Assembly: GCA_905178155.1 (NCBI GenBank)
Contig: CAJINV010000001.1
Location: 10,720,311-10,784,310, forward strand
DNA: 64,000 nt
Source: Amoebophrya sp. A120
Taxonomy: Eukaryota > Protista > Dinoflagellata
Direction of reading: 5' to 3'
Below, in pieces: positions 1 through 15,518 of the stretch. Position 1 is the stretch's first letter. Every line of letters starts with the position of its first letter. The notes below the pieces were generated by a model, which ran no database searches, had not been told where the DNA came from, and saw only the letters and a program-made list of their open reading frames with translations. Position numbers and translations under genes: made by a program.

Positions 1-1833
1 GCGGTCTGTGTTCACAGCGACGGTTTCGCTGGTTACCTCCGTCAGCGGGTCCGGTGCATCATCGGCGTGCTGGGTTTGCACCACTTCTCCCACCGCCGCA
101 CCAGCAGCGTTGCTGTTGTTTTCCCAGAGCACGTCTAACGTTTTCATCTGTTTCTTTAAAAACCACGGCCGCCGCACCTCGGTGGGGCCAAAATTTGGGT
201 TGAAGGGCACGATCAACAGTTTTGGAAACGGCTGTGTCGGTCCCATCCTCCGGCTGAAGATGCGCGGCACCAGGTAGCCCGCGTTGCCGGCGCGCGGGTG
301 CAAAAAGAGCAAATCCGGCGTCGTCGTGGGAAACGCGTCAAAGACGGAGCAGTTTGCTTTTAGCAACAGCGGCACCGCCGTCTCCGGGCCACTGATTTGC
401 TCAACGTACTTGCTGCGCGAGTAGGGAGCAACGCGCTCCACCGTACCGGAGAACCGGCTGTCCGCTTGCAGACAGCGGGAAAAGTCGATCAGCAGACTTG
501 CGGCGGAGATGGCGCGATCAACCCCGCCCGGATCGTTGAACAAAGCCAGGCCCTCACTCGGCGGTTGGTTTGTTCCGGCGACACTCGATGCGCGATTCGT
601 GCCGAGCTTGGGACACTGCGCTTCCTCCTTGTCCGCGGACACGACGGCATGCAGCTCGGCCTTTCCGAAGTAGTCCTCGAGTGCCTGTCGCAGAATTCCC
701 CCGACCTCGGGGTCCGCGTCGAGCTGCTCGGGGCGAATTGCGATGAATTGATGGCTCAATTTGTGGTCCCCGATCTCCTCGCGGAGAAACCGCAGGAGAT
801 CGAACGCGGGCTGGGCTTGCGGCACCAATTTGGTTTCGTAGCACTCCGGCAAGAGAGGGTTGTACAGCATGGGCGTTCGCAATTCGCTGCGCAGGAAAGT
901 CGCGAAGAAAGACAGCCGCTGCGGGTCCGCGAGCGAACGGCCGGGGTTCAGCAGCGAGCGGCTCCAACCGAGGACCGTGCCTTGCGTAGTCGAGCGCTTG
1001 GCGAACACCTGCATGAGAAAATAGTTCAGGAGATTCTGTATTCTCTCCAGCTGCACCTGCAGAAATTGCCGCAGCTGCAGTGGCTGCTGCTGCTCTGCTG
1101 GCGGGTTGTTGTTCCCGTCTACGAGGTGATTTCGCAGCACGTCCGTTGTTTGTTGGATCATTTTTTCGCCTGGCAAGACAGACGTGCTGCTTTCTTCTGT
1201 CGTGCCAGTTCTCGCATCCCCGAACTCTAGTCGCAATCCACTGCCGCCGAGCGTTTGTGCGAACCTTTCCAGATCCGTTATGATGTGCCGGAGCACTTCT
1301 CTTCCCTCGGATGCGGGGGCTGCGTGCAACAGCAACATCAGCTCCTCAAAAGAAGAGGTGGTCCCCTGCGCTATACGCTCAGCGGTTTCCTCGGTCGTAA
1401 TGGCAGGAGCTCCTAGAGAAACAATGCCAGCCTCTGTGCTACCAACCGCTTGCAGGTTGGGGGAGCTCGCAGTCTGCTCATCTGCTTTCATCCCTATCTT
1501 TGCCAGTGACAGAAAGTGCCGTAGGTAGCCCAGAAAGCAATGGTAGAGCACGTACACCCCATCTGCTTCGCCCATGTCGCGAAAGGGCCATAGAGCTCGT
1601 ACTGCAGTCTCCCAGAGTCGGTCGATGTGATACACCGCAGTGTGGGCGACCATCCATACCGGCGGTTCCGAAGCGCCGTCATCAGCATCTGCCCGCACAT
1701 GAAGCAGGTCCGTCATTGGTGAGATAGAAGTGTTCAAAAACCAAGTCGATGCACGCAAAAAGGTACACCTGAGCAAGAGGCGAAACAAGCTTGGGCAGCC
1801 ATTTTTGGCCCCCCGCTTTCGAGATCGCGACAT
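1..1833 (-). CDS. Hypothetical protein, >=611 aa, runs off the left edge (no stop, so absent from the ORF track)
   Basis: Manual translation gives an uninterrupted minus frame from ATG at 1833 (MSRSRKRGAKNG...) to base 1 (...LHPRAGNAGYLVPRIFSRRMGPTQPFPKLLIVPFNPNFGP...). No recognisable domain. Confidence 0.7.
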   Translation of the reverse strand, partial: MSRSRKRGAKNGCPSLFRLLLRCTFLRASTWFLNTSISPMTDLLHVRADADDGASEPPVWMVAHTAVYHIDRLWETAVRALWPFRDMGEADGVYVLYHCFLGYLRHFLSLAKIGMKADEQTASSPNLQAVGSTEAGIVSLGAPAITTEETAERIAQGTTSSFEELMLLLHAAPASEGREVLRHIITDLERFAQTLGGSGLRLEFGDARTGTTEESSTSVLPGEKMIQQTTDVLRNHLVDGNNNPPAEQQQPLQLRQFLQVQLERIQNLLNYFLMQVFAKRSTTQGTVLGWSRSLLNPGRSLADPQRLSFFATFLRSELRTPMLYNPLLPECYETKLVPQAQPAFDLLRFLREEIGDHKLSHQFIAIRPEQLDADPEVGGILRQALEDYFGKAELHAVVSADKEEAQCPKLGTNRASSVAGTNQPPSEGLALFNDPGGVDRAISAASLLIDFSRCLQADSRFSGTVERVAPYSRSKYVEQISGPETAVPLLLKANCSVFDAFPTTTPDLLFLHPRAGNAGYLVPRIFSRRMGPTQPFPKLLIVPFNPNFGPTEVRRPWFLKKQMKTLDVLWENNSNAAGAAVGEVVQTQHADDAPDPLTEVTSETVAVNTDR

Positions 1834-2504
1834 GTTGCGCTTCAGTAGCAATTGTGAAGTTTGATGTTCATGTCAGCATAAAGATAGACTTGCATTTTGA
1901 GAAAAGCTTGTACACAACATATTACTTGCGACATGGATCGATTTCTTCTCTAGTCCTTCGGACTTGCTTCTTATTCATGATCCAGCACAGTTACCTTCGT
2001 TCTCCAGAAATCTGATGATCATCTTCCGTGGCTCCGCTCGTGGCAGACAAAAAACAGACAAACAAAAAACAGGAACAGAAAGCAGCCGACACCAAAATAC
2101 CACGACCGAGCAAAAGAGAGGATCAGCACTATGGGATAGGGATCATGCATCCTCACAGTTGGATCTTCCAGTACATCGAGATCCCGCTGCCAACGTTAGA
2201 TCTTGTGTGTGAAAAACCAGATCGCCTCTTTCACGAACACAAATCTCACTGTGCGGCAGCTGCCATGTGGTTTGCTGATTGAGATGTCCAAAGTGATTCT
2301 TCATCTTATGCTCTGAGGGTTACTCCAGAGAGAATTCTATGTGTATGTCGCCAGGGTTCTTGTCGTTTTCGTTTATGTTAAATCTTGGATAATGCTGGGC
2401 CAGCGCGGGGCCCACGCGAGCGATTCTGGTGTGTGAGAGTGAGCAACAAACTGCTACGAACTCGGTGCACAGACCGGGCGCCCCTGAGAGTGCGCGTAAC
2501 CCAT

Positions 2505-4077
2505 CTACTTCGGTGCTGCTGCACTATTCGACGTTGCGAGAAGCTCCTGGTCGAGGAGTTGCAGCATGATTTTCGTGCTGTGGACGTGTTTGAGATCTTT
2601 GTACACGTTCCGTAGCCTCTGCACCGTCATGGTTTGCAGCTGCAGCATTTTATCCGATCCCTGGTCCTTCTTGTGGAGCTGCTGGTTGCACCAGAACAGG
2701 CCCCACAGCGCTCGCGTACTCGTCTCATCGATTTCGCAGGCCAGGCAAAAATACTTCCTTGCTAGGTCGTAGTCTTGCCCTATGGAGAAGATCAGCTCCG
2801 CGTAGCTCAGGACCGTATACCTGTCGTGCGGTCAAATTCGATTTCTATTTCTATTTCAGGAACCAGAATAGCGAGCAGATATACATGCAAAATTTTTTGC
2901 GCGAGAATTTCAGAGAGCAGCTTTGAACAGTAGAGAACAGCACGTTCAAATAAGTAATACATGTTCCTTGGATCCTGCAGCAGCACGTCTTCCAGTGTGT
3001 ACGCCGCTTTTGTGAGCTGTCCCTCCTGTATGTACAGCTCGGTAAGTTCGTGCCATACTTCTTTGTCCATCTGAAAAGTTTCCAGGTGCTTGTTCGCCGC
3101 CTCGATAGCTTCTATCGTTCTCCCCTGTGCGCGTTTCCTGTTTTTTGGATTGTCGATTTTCCAAGCTATGTCGGTCAAGCAAACAGCTTCGTGATGGTAT
3201 GTTGAAAAATGAAGCACAATTCGTGGATCGGAATCTCATGACAAAAAAACCGTACATGGCAATGATTCTTCTTCGGGCAAAAGTGCTTTCTGGGGCCTCC
3301 TGCAGGATCTCCTTGTACAAGGTAAGCGCGTCGGCATAGTCCCCGGTCGCTTCGCGAAACAGCGCGTAAATTCGCTTTATCAAGTGCAAAAATGTCTGGG
3401 TCTGGAAACTTGTAATGCTGTGTTGGGAATAGTGAATGCTCTGTAATGCACAGCCAAGCATGACAAATATCTCCGCTGCTTTGTGTTGCGTTTTCCGCAT
3501 GAGAAACTGCGTTTTTGCATGACAGGCAAAAGGGTCTCTTCTTGGACATGCATCACAAACTTTTTGGTCATGCCAGATTAGCATGACAAGTCTCGCAATC
3601 TCCCAGACCCAGACATTTTTACAATCCATACGCTTCACTCGCTTGCTGTCTGGGAACTTGTCGGTCAGTTTCTCTACGCAGTAGGAACTCCACGCCAGCA
3701 TTCCGAGGTGCATGGAGGCGAAGCAGACTTGCTCGTAGCTGTGGTTTTGTGTTTTTGGAATATCAATTTTACACATTTTTTGTGCCTTGAAGAAATCGAT
3801 CCGACGTACTGACTGAGCAACTTCTACTTTATGCAATGCCAATTGGAAGTGTAAGGTGCTCCAGTAGCAGTGTAGCAAAAAATCTATACACAGCCCAAAT
3901 ATCGTCCCCGAGCTTCCCTGGGCTTTTCGCCAGCAGCCTGCTACCGTGTACCACCGCGACATCCGGCTGGAAAACCCTGTTTACCCGTAGATATTCCAAG
4001 ATCGCCTTGCTGTCCTCCCAGGAGTGGCTTTTCTTGGCCACGGCCTTGTCATAGTCGTCCTCGAATTGCAAGCGCAT
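2505..4077 (-). CDS. EMC2: ER membrane protein complex subunit 2 (TPR protein, TTC35 family), 5 exons
   Basis: Spliced product ...LGDDIWAVYEQVCFASM...KFPDSKRVKRIYALFREATGDYADALTLYKEILQE...RRRIIAMKRAQGRTIEAIEAANKHLETFQMDKEVWHELTELY...AAYTLEDVLL...YAEL...LARKYFCLACE...RALWGL matches the EMC2 motifs. Three GT-AG introns plus one TIR insertion (3378-3630). Confidence 0.9.
3378..3630. mobile_element. TIR intron/introner, family A (AAAAATGTCTGGGTCTGG), in EMC2
   Basis: Ends TATCAAGTGCAAAAATGTCTGGGTCTGG ... CCAGACCCAGACATTTTTACAATCCATA. Exact 5-bp TSD CGCTT at 3373-3377 and 3631-3635. Removal restores RVKR-IYALFREA. Confidence 0.92.
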
Positions 4078-4331
4078 GGCTTGTTACGAAACGAGAAAAG
4101 TTGAAATTTTTAGTATAGTTCTGTTACTGTTCGGGTCTGTACGGAATGAATTCCTCGGATTTACAACTCGTCCCTCTTGTGGAAAAAACTCATTTTTGCG
4201 TCAGCAGGTTCTAAAAATTCAAAAAATTCGAGAGGAGATTCACTAAAAGTATGAGTCGCTGGTACTGCAAAAAAGTAAAACGATCAGAAGGAAGAAGACT
4301 ACGTCCACTCTGTGGTGCAGGTGATCTGAAA

Positions 4332-5368
4332 TTAGACCAGAAAATCGGTCGAAGTACATGTTTTTTTGCGCATCCCCATGCAATGGGAGTCGCGGGCGGA
4401 GAGAAGTTGGGGGGTGCGAAGGCGCGACCGCGTTCCGGGCTGCCCTACCCCGGAAAAATTAGCCTCCGGCGTTGCGGCGGGGCGGCCGGGGCCGGGAGGG
4501 GTCGGCCTGACATAGATAGGAAGGCGACGGCACGCAGCCAGCACTTCGCCACCCGGTCCCGCGCGAGGCTCACATCGGGGATACGCAACCGACTCGGCGT
4601 GCATCCCGGGGCCCCAACTCGAAGCCCGCCCGGGGCCGGGAAAGCTTTTGCTTTGGCTGCGTCCGGGCGCGCCCTCCCCCATCCGGGGCCCCGGCCGGCG
4701 GGCGAACTGCATGCCCCGTGAAAGGCGCGCGCGCCCCCCCCGTCCGGGGGGGGGGAAAGGGGGGCCGAATTGGGCCAATTCGCTACCCCTTTTGGGGGGG
4801 GGGGCAAAATGTGCCCGGTTCTGGGCCATTTTGCCCCCCCCCTGTAGCATCGGGGGAAGGCCATTTTTTGCCCCCCCCCTAAAAAAGGGTGCAGAATTAC
4901 GCCAATTCGGCCCCCTTTTTAACCCCCCCCCGAAGGGGGGGCGCGCGCGCCCTCCGGGCCCCCCCCTCATTGCCCCCAACTTGGGGGGCGTTGGCTTGGG
5001 CCGAAGCAGGCCCAACCCAAGGGGCGCGCGCCCTACTGCTTCGGAGGCCGGCCCCTTCTTTACGGCAAGCAGGCCCATGCGCGTCCGGCAAAAAACATGG
5101 CGGCGGCGCACCGCCCCGACATGGACAGGCCCGTGGGAAAGCCGCTTGGCGGGGCGGCGCTTCTCGCTCTGGGCTGGCTTCGAGGCCGGGAGGCCGCCCC
5201 GGCTCTCTTTGACAAGCCACAACGCCCGAGACGCTGCATGGCGCAGCGAGGTCCTCGGGCCGGGTGTGTTGCGAGGGCATCCCGCCGCCCTCGAAGTGAA
5301 ACGAAATTGGCCCGCCATGCCAGCGGGTGCGCGGAAAAGTATGTACTTCGGCCGATTTTCTGGTCTAA
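4332..5368. mobile_element. Non-autonomous GC-rich TIR element (~1.04 kb), intergenic
   Basis: ~40-bp imperfect TIR (TTAGACCAGAAAATCGG(T/C)CGAAGTACAT...) and exact 5-bp TSD TGAAA at 4327-4331 and 5369-5373. Interior is very GC-rich with G/C homopolymers and no credible ORF. Confidence 0.85.
4724..4951. repeat. Nested foldback (~90-bp imperfect arms) with long G and C runs
   Basis: Left arm GGCGCGCGCG-Cn-GTCC-Gn-AAAGGGGGGCCGAATTGG...TTTT-Gn-CAAAAT matches the reverse complement of ~4862-4951. Confidence 0.8.
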
Positions 5369-6809
5369 TGAAAGAAGAACAATTTGCTCGGGATCCTAAG
5401 GAGCAAGGAGGTGCATGTGAGATCCTGTGAGTACACGGTAATTGTCATAGATCTGAAGCACGGCAAAGATCGGATGCGATCTGTACGTCTAAGCTTGATC
5501 ACGAAATGCCGAAAAAACAAAGAACGCTCCTTTTCAAAAGACGAGGAAAGAAACGCGCGCACCACAGTGATCGGTGGTGCCATCCGCACTGGTGGTTTTT
5601 TCGTGCCCGGTTTCCAGCAAGTTTCTCGTTTTCTGAATTCCATCCAAGAGTCCTCTTGTCCTGCCAATGTTTCATTGTTCGAGGTCCTTACTCAATCGCG
5701 CAAGGAGCGATGTGTCGCTTACAAGTAACGAAACTCGGAGGCACTATCGTGTAGTTACTGGCCTGGCTACTTCGGAGGTTGAAGTGGTTCTGTGCCGGCT
5801 ATTTTTTCGTTCCGCTACAATCCAAAAGACGTACGCACGAGGTGCTCGTCCTCTGATCCAAGAAGAAAGCCGGCATCTGGCCGAATAGTGGCTTTAAATA
5901 TCCGAATTCTTGTCGAGTCCCCTCTTTCGGATGGAAAGAAAAATGACAATGTGAAGGTACAGACAAAAAAAGTACATTTCGAAGATGTCTACAAGGGTGA
6001 AACATCATCAATTTTGGTAGTACGAGCGTGAGATGACTGTGTGTACACATTCATCCTATTAAAATCGCGAACCGTCATTCTATTTTTTCTAAAATAAACA
6101 CGGAAAAATTTTCAGAACATTCATGCGTGTGTCGGGCTTAGAAGGTGAAACAAATTCTTCTTTGTTGAAAATCCGCTTCTTCCTCTAATGGACTCAAATC
6201 AATGCTCCTAAAATTTTTCAAATTTGATTTAGACTTCTGGAAAGCTTGAGCTAGCTATCTTTCGTTTAGAACGACCAAAATTTTTTTGGTACAAAAGTAG
6301 CAAATGCGTAACTGGAGTGCCTTGGATTGTTGAGTTAGCTTGCTTTTAAATCGGGTTGTTGTGCGATCTGTACTGTTGATAAAAGTGGGCTCAAAAAGAT
6401 TCAAAAATAATGTACAGCTCAGACGAGATGACGGTATAATTGTCCGGAGCTGCTCCTAGCTCTTGTGTCGTCAGAATGACGATGACCGCCACCGTGCTTC
6501 TTTTACAATCGCCGCGTGATTTTCAAAAAAACCATTCGTGCGCACATGGAACGCGATCTCTTTCCATGTGGATTTTGCTCTCAAAAGATTCGTGTGCTGG
6601 CCGGTTTACCGGCTGTCTGTCGGTTTCGAATAGATCGGGCGCTGATCGTCGTTGCGAGCTGAGAGTTCTGTTTTCAAAACGCCGATCATTTCATCTCCCG
6701 AGGGAGTGCTATGATTTTTCCTCGGACAGATGTTTCTTTCAGTGGTACCTCACCTCTTCCTGTTTGAAACCATCGCTTCTGTGAAATCCCAGACCACTTC
6801 GTGTTTAGT

Positions 6810-9771
<2,962 letters not shown>

Positions 9772-11009
9772 CTAGCAAAGGGATGAAATTCTGCTAGCTA
9801 TCGAGCTATGTAGAAGTAGTAGAGTAGTAAATGCTACAGTGTAATCTGAAGTGTAAAAATCAGCCTAGAAATTTCTCTATAGGTCGAAATTTCTGTTGCT
9901 CTACTGCTGGTATCTTATCACAGACCTAAAACTTTCGTAGGATAGCGTGCTAGTTGTGGGTCTTTAATAGAAGTTTTTTTACTTCGTAGTTCAAAGTATG
10001 GTACACAACGGAAGTATGTATATGGCTTTTTGGTTCTAGACCTTCAAAAGCAGACAGGAATTCCGGAGGGGGAACTCGACCGTCTGTTCGATTCTAGTTA
10101 CACAAGTTTGATGATCGTACAATGTTTTATGATGAAAAACACAAAATACCCGTGTCGAGTGTGACAATTGGTACTGTGTGTGGTACAGCGGTTTTTTTTT
10201 CGTAGCTTTTCTTGTACTAAAACAAGTAGTCGTTCGTAGTTGTATCAGTTAACCTTTCAGTAGTTACTAGAGTTGTGGTCTGTAACTAGGTTATCGAGTT
10301 TTGTGTACTAGCACGGTCCAAGCCAGGGTGCCTGAGACGGGCGCTTAATTTTGCCTGCGAGGGGTTTTTGTGAAAAAGGAAAGTTCAGTTTTCTTTTCAT
10401 GCCTGCGGATCTTCACTTTTGCGCTCCAGAGACACGTCGTTTCCATCAAAAATGATGCGAAAAAATGAAACAGATATTACCCATGAGGGCATGGGGAGTG
10501 GACGCCTTGAGTAAAAAATAGTACCGCTATGCTGAAATGGAGTCATAGATCCTTACTGTTCGTTCTTTGTGGAGAACTTGTTCGCAGCTCGCTGTGTGGA
10601 CAAATTGCATCTAGCTATCGCTCGCACTGTAGACGACCAATCGCGGCCCATGTAAATGTTGAACGAAGTCGTGCTGTTCGGTGCTAATTAGATCGTTTTT
10701 CGCACGGGAGGGTCTAGCATGAGATCGAGAACACATTGGACTCACAAAGAACTTATCTTTTCGCGAAATACAACTAGCAGTAAGGCTACAACGCTGGGTA
10801 TTTCCTGTGCACGGCTCATCGTACAGCGTGTCGTAAGAAACATCCCTGTCTCCACAGGAGACATCAAATACCACGTACAGCACATCAGAAACCAATCTAG
10901 TATATTCAGTATCTCAACAAGTCAAGACTGGAATTCAATTTGAATAAAAACCGCGTCCAGGTGGAACGGGATAGACACGTTTGATTTGTCAACCTTCTTC
11001 CCTAGCAGG

Positions 11010-14000
11010 CTAGTCCTCCAACTCGTCTTCGTCGACGATCCCCGACAGCAGTATCAATTTCTCCCTCTTCACCCGCCCACTGGGCGGCGCCCGCTTCTCG
11101 ATGAGCTGGTTTATCGGTATAAATTTGGAATTTCGCTCGGAAATCTTCTTTCCCTCCCGGATCTCGTCCCGGGCAAGGATTTCCATGCAGCGGTTGCGCG
11201 CGATAACAAAGTTATCCAGCGCCGATCTTCCCTCGACCCACCGGGGCTCGTTTTCGTCCTCGGGTGGGAGTCTTGCTCGAAACACGGGCGACTTCAAACC
11301 TAAAATTTGCGTCAAGTCTGTGGCACTGTGACCCCAGTCAAAACTCTGGTTTCTCCGCTGGTCCTCGGATGTCTCTTTATACAGCAGGTTACGCCTGATA
11401 TTGGTTTATTTTTCAGTGTAGTGACTATTCGTTGTACGTGCGTGCAACGCCAAGAAATATCACAGTGCGAGATGAAACTGAAAGCATGATAATGTAAGTG
11501 TAATTGTTTGCAAGAAACAAGTGCCGTGTGATAAAACCAAATATGACCGTCTAAGTCTAGTACCTCTGCATCTCCAGTGCTTCCGCTGGCGTGACGCTTT
11601 CCACCTGGTCCTTCTTCAGCAGGGACGCGTAGTAATCCGGGCTCGGTGGTAGAGACGAATGCTTTTTATGATCCCTCGCCAACGTGATTTCCGCGTCTTG
11701 GCCAGACACTGTGTACTCACCGCCGTAGAGTTTAAACTCCCCTAGCTCATGATCGAGAAATTCCCGCTTCTCCACCTGCGAAGGCGAGTCCTCCAGGGAC
11801 GGCAGAAAGGTTTGAAAAAACGGCTCCATATCGTCCGCGGCGAGCGCACCCTCGGGGTTCGTCGGAGTGCCGGGAGGTTGCGGCTGTTTTGTTGAAGAGA
11901 GATCAAAGGCGGAATCGCTAGTAGTGCGCTCTTTCGTGTTTCCAAACAGGATGTAATGCGAAAGTGAGACGCCGAGCATTCTGTACGATATTTTCACTCG
12001 CCTAAAAGATCAAAAGGGGTCGCAGGATATCAAGTACTTACAGACAGGGCATCAGAGTGGTGCTTTAGGTGGGAACTGTTGACATCGTGATAATATCTCA
12101 ACAGATACGTTAAGGGTTTAAAACTGCGCAGACAGCAATCATCTACATCTTCTATACAAATGACGTCTGAAGCATTCTATGGTATTTACCGACAGCTTCA
12201 GCTGTGGCTCGCAGTTACATCTCATCCAGTTTTTGTGTTCAAGCACGAAAAACAGAAACTTCAATTAGATCATAACGTACCTGTTCTCCCCCGTCATCCG
12301 CGCTCGTGTTGTCAGAGGACTGCGCAGGTTTCTTCGCGGCGATTTTCCGCTTCGCTTTCGCCTTTGGCTTTTTCGGTCCCGCGACTGGAGACGAGGCTTC
12401 GTCCGCCAGAGGATTTTCCTTCAAACCTTCCAGAATCTCCTTTGCAAACTCGACCTTCTCCTCTTCTGTTCGTGGCTCGTCTACTGCTTGGCGGTCTTCA
12501 TCCGCGGCCGTTGCAGCTGCGTCAGCGTCTAGTACACCCTCGGTATTTCTATCTTCGCCCCGAGCACGCATGACTGCGGCCTTTGCCTCTGTCGTAGCTG
12601 CGTCGTCTCCATTTTTATCGGCTTCAAGAGTACTAGTAGCATCGGTGGCCGGAGGAGCGGCTTTTTTCTTCACGATTCGCTTCACCAGCTTCTTCTTTTT
12701 CGGGACCGCAGCACCGGTCTTATTTTCCGCGGCAGACCCATCCCCAGCGGCAGCTTCCATTGTGTGCACACCCTCGAAATCTTTTGGAGACGAAAAAACG
12801 ACGGACACCACAGATTCCGAGTCCACCAAGTCCGGAGTTCTACAATCAGACAGTTGTAAATCCTTCTCTTCTTGCATGAAAAGCGTGCCCGACGAAGTGA
12901 CGAATCTGGTTGACGACCCGGTCTTCCCTTTTACGACTTTTTGGCACGACGAGGATCCCGTTTTGATGTTGTTTCTACTGGTTGCAGTTGGTACGACGAT
13001 TGTTTCTAGAAGTTCCAGCTTGATCTGTCGCAAGAGTCTTGCGTGCTCCTTCCCGTCTCTTGGTGAGTCGAGCAGAATCGCTGCGCTCTGTGCGACCACG
13101 GCGTCGACGTCCTTTTTCGTCGGCGGATTGTTATTGCCGCATCGCACCGCCAGGGCGCGTTGCAAAACCGGAACCACCCGCTGGCAAACACTCTGTAGTT
13201 TAACCGTCGTGCTGTCCTGCGCAGTCAACGACGGGGCAGCACGTCGAGATGTTGGCTCTCCACGTAATAATCTTCTCTTCTCCGGGTAGAAAAGCATCTT
13301 TTTTTCCGACGGCTTGGTGGGTGATTTCGATGATCCACCGCCTGCTTCTATCTGTTCGAACGTTCCCGTCTGTGCTTTTGCACCTGGTGCAGAATCTGTA
13401 CCTTTTTCTTCACTGCCAGCTGCAATCCCATCCGTAATATCCTCCTCCTCGATTCCAAACAGCATCTGCAAGCCCGCTTCGCCCCCAGGTACCACATCGA
13501 GTAGCAGCTTCTCTTTCTGCTGTGCACGCAACTCCTTGCCTTCCGCTGCCTTTTTCCTCCAGTCCTGCCTTAGTTGCATGTAGTGCTTCCACTCCGCCCG
13601 CGCGCGCACCACGCTTGCGTTCTCCGCTAATGCTAGCTGCGGGTGGATGTCTTTAAGTTTCAGCATCAGAGGACGCTGAATGTGCCGCCCGACCGGGTAC
13701 CACGGGGGGAGCGCATTCGGCTTGTCCGGGGTCATGACGGCATAATCCAGCCCCGCGGTCGGGCCGTCGGGATCGGAAAGGAGGGACAGGTTGCTACTTC
13801 TTGTTTTGTCTTGATTTGGCGTAGAAGTTTCCTTGCTGCTTATTCTCAACGTGCGTTTTGTAGATGACTTTGATTCCTTCTTTTTCCCAACGACCGAAAA
13901 TGACAATGACTCGCCCCCGCGGCCCCCAGTGCTGAATCGCACACCTGACATATTTTCCCGCGTACTGGATTTATGTCGCTCGCCCTGCTCTTCCGCCATT

Positions 14001-15013
14001 GCCGCGCTTTCACGGAGTGTTTGCCTCTCCAAAACATCTTTCGCGGCATTCTTTACGCTTTCCGACAAGGCTCGCATGTTGTCGACGGCTTCCAACGCTT
14101 TTTCGATGTCCGAAATTCGTGATTTCCGTGCCACACTGTCCCCCCTTGCCTCCTCCTTCATCAACAAATCGGGAATTCCGCCAAGCAACGAGTCCCGCAG
14201 TGTGTTCAACAGGTTCTCTTGCTCTTTCGCCAGTCCGGTGACTGCACTGTTCAAGAGTGTCTGTTGCTCCTCCGGGAACAAAGTTCCCGCCCCGACATCG
14301 CTTGCGATACTTGCGCCAGCCACCGACGAATTATTGTTGTACCGGGACACCGCTACAGCCTGGTCCAACAGTAACTGGGTTTCTGGCGCCAAGTCTCCCG
14401 CGCCGACGCTGCTTGCGATGGAGGAATTGTTGAATCTGGAGGTCGTGGTTGCCTCTTCCGTCACAGTTGCGGCATTTTGATTTCGTGCGGTGACGTCCTG
14501 TTCCGAATGCTCCGCCGGCTGCTCCTCAGTAGGTGGCTGCTCCGCGGGCTCCTGCTCCGCGGGATCCTGCTCCGCTGCATCAGGACTTGCTCGCGCTCCG
14601 TCATCATCTGCGTTTACTAGCGCCGCCGATTCGTCGAGGAACGGAGTGGTGGTACGTGTATCCCTAGGAATGGAGTAGTGGTACGTGGTAGTAGTTGCCT
14701 CTGTATTTATTTCAACTTGTTGATCATCTACTCCGCCTGTACCAAGAACCGTGGTTTCATTCATCCCATTCTGCTCAACATCTTCAACACTTCTTCCTTG
14801 CGCAAAATCTGCCTCGTCCAAAGCGGACACTCTTTCTACCCCAACGGCACTCAGCCTGCCGGCAAACTCCTTCGCAAACGCCAAGTCATCGTCAGTTTCT
14901 GACGCGCCCGCGACACTGACGGCGGCCATAGGGGTGGAGAGTGCGCTGTTTCCATCACGACCCTCCGGTGGAAACATGGTTTCCGGCCACGAGGTTAGTT
15001 CGTTCCGAAACAT
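11010..15013 (-). CDS. Large low-complexity hypothetical protein, probably 3 exons
   Basis: The 927-aa ORF ends at a CAG|GTACGT donor near 12280. The 11557-11997 and 11010-11315 ORFs join through GT-AG (CAG AG|GT...AG|G CGT AAC). The first acceptor is uncertain. No domain recognised. Confidence 0.6.
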
Positions 15014-15518
15014 TATTGTCACAAGTGCTTATCTACGCTCAAACGATAAGGAACAAGTTTTCAAATAAAGAAGTAACCAAATGATCGCAGCAGGAAATAA
15101 AGTAGCGACAGGGTGATTTAGCTGAATAGCACGTACCTGACATATTGGGTTTGTTGCTTTGTCAAGTGCCGACCTTGGGTTTTCTCATTGAACCACAGCG
15201 AAGCACCATCGCAGAAGCACGAAACAACGATAAAAGGAGGTGGAAACGCACGCAGAACGAAGATAGTACGACTTTTGGACGATTTCTGAAGGACGATTTG
15301 AGTACTTACGAAACTTACTTTTACTAGTGACGACGAACGCGCATCTAGACTCGGAGTGGGGGGAACAACACAGAGCAACTTCAATGTGGGTGGAACTTTG
15401 TTCATAGTACGAGGAGATGGCTTTTCTTTCCAAAACAAAACTTCAAGAGAAAGTCGTGTTGTAGTGTCTTTTCAAGGGGTTTCACGTGTACTACTGCAAG
15501 TACAACTTCCGACCAACT

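Noticed and set aside
4251-5430. Overlapping G/P/R/A-rich ORFs of up to 328 aa as a possible transposase
   Set aside because: They are open on both strands only because of extreme GC content; there is no DDE or recombinase motif and homopolymer runs dominate.
5384-6050. Short ORFs downstream of the 1-kb element as an interrupted gene
   Set aside because: Removing the element does not produce a long frame or a recognisable protein.
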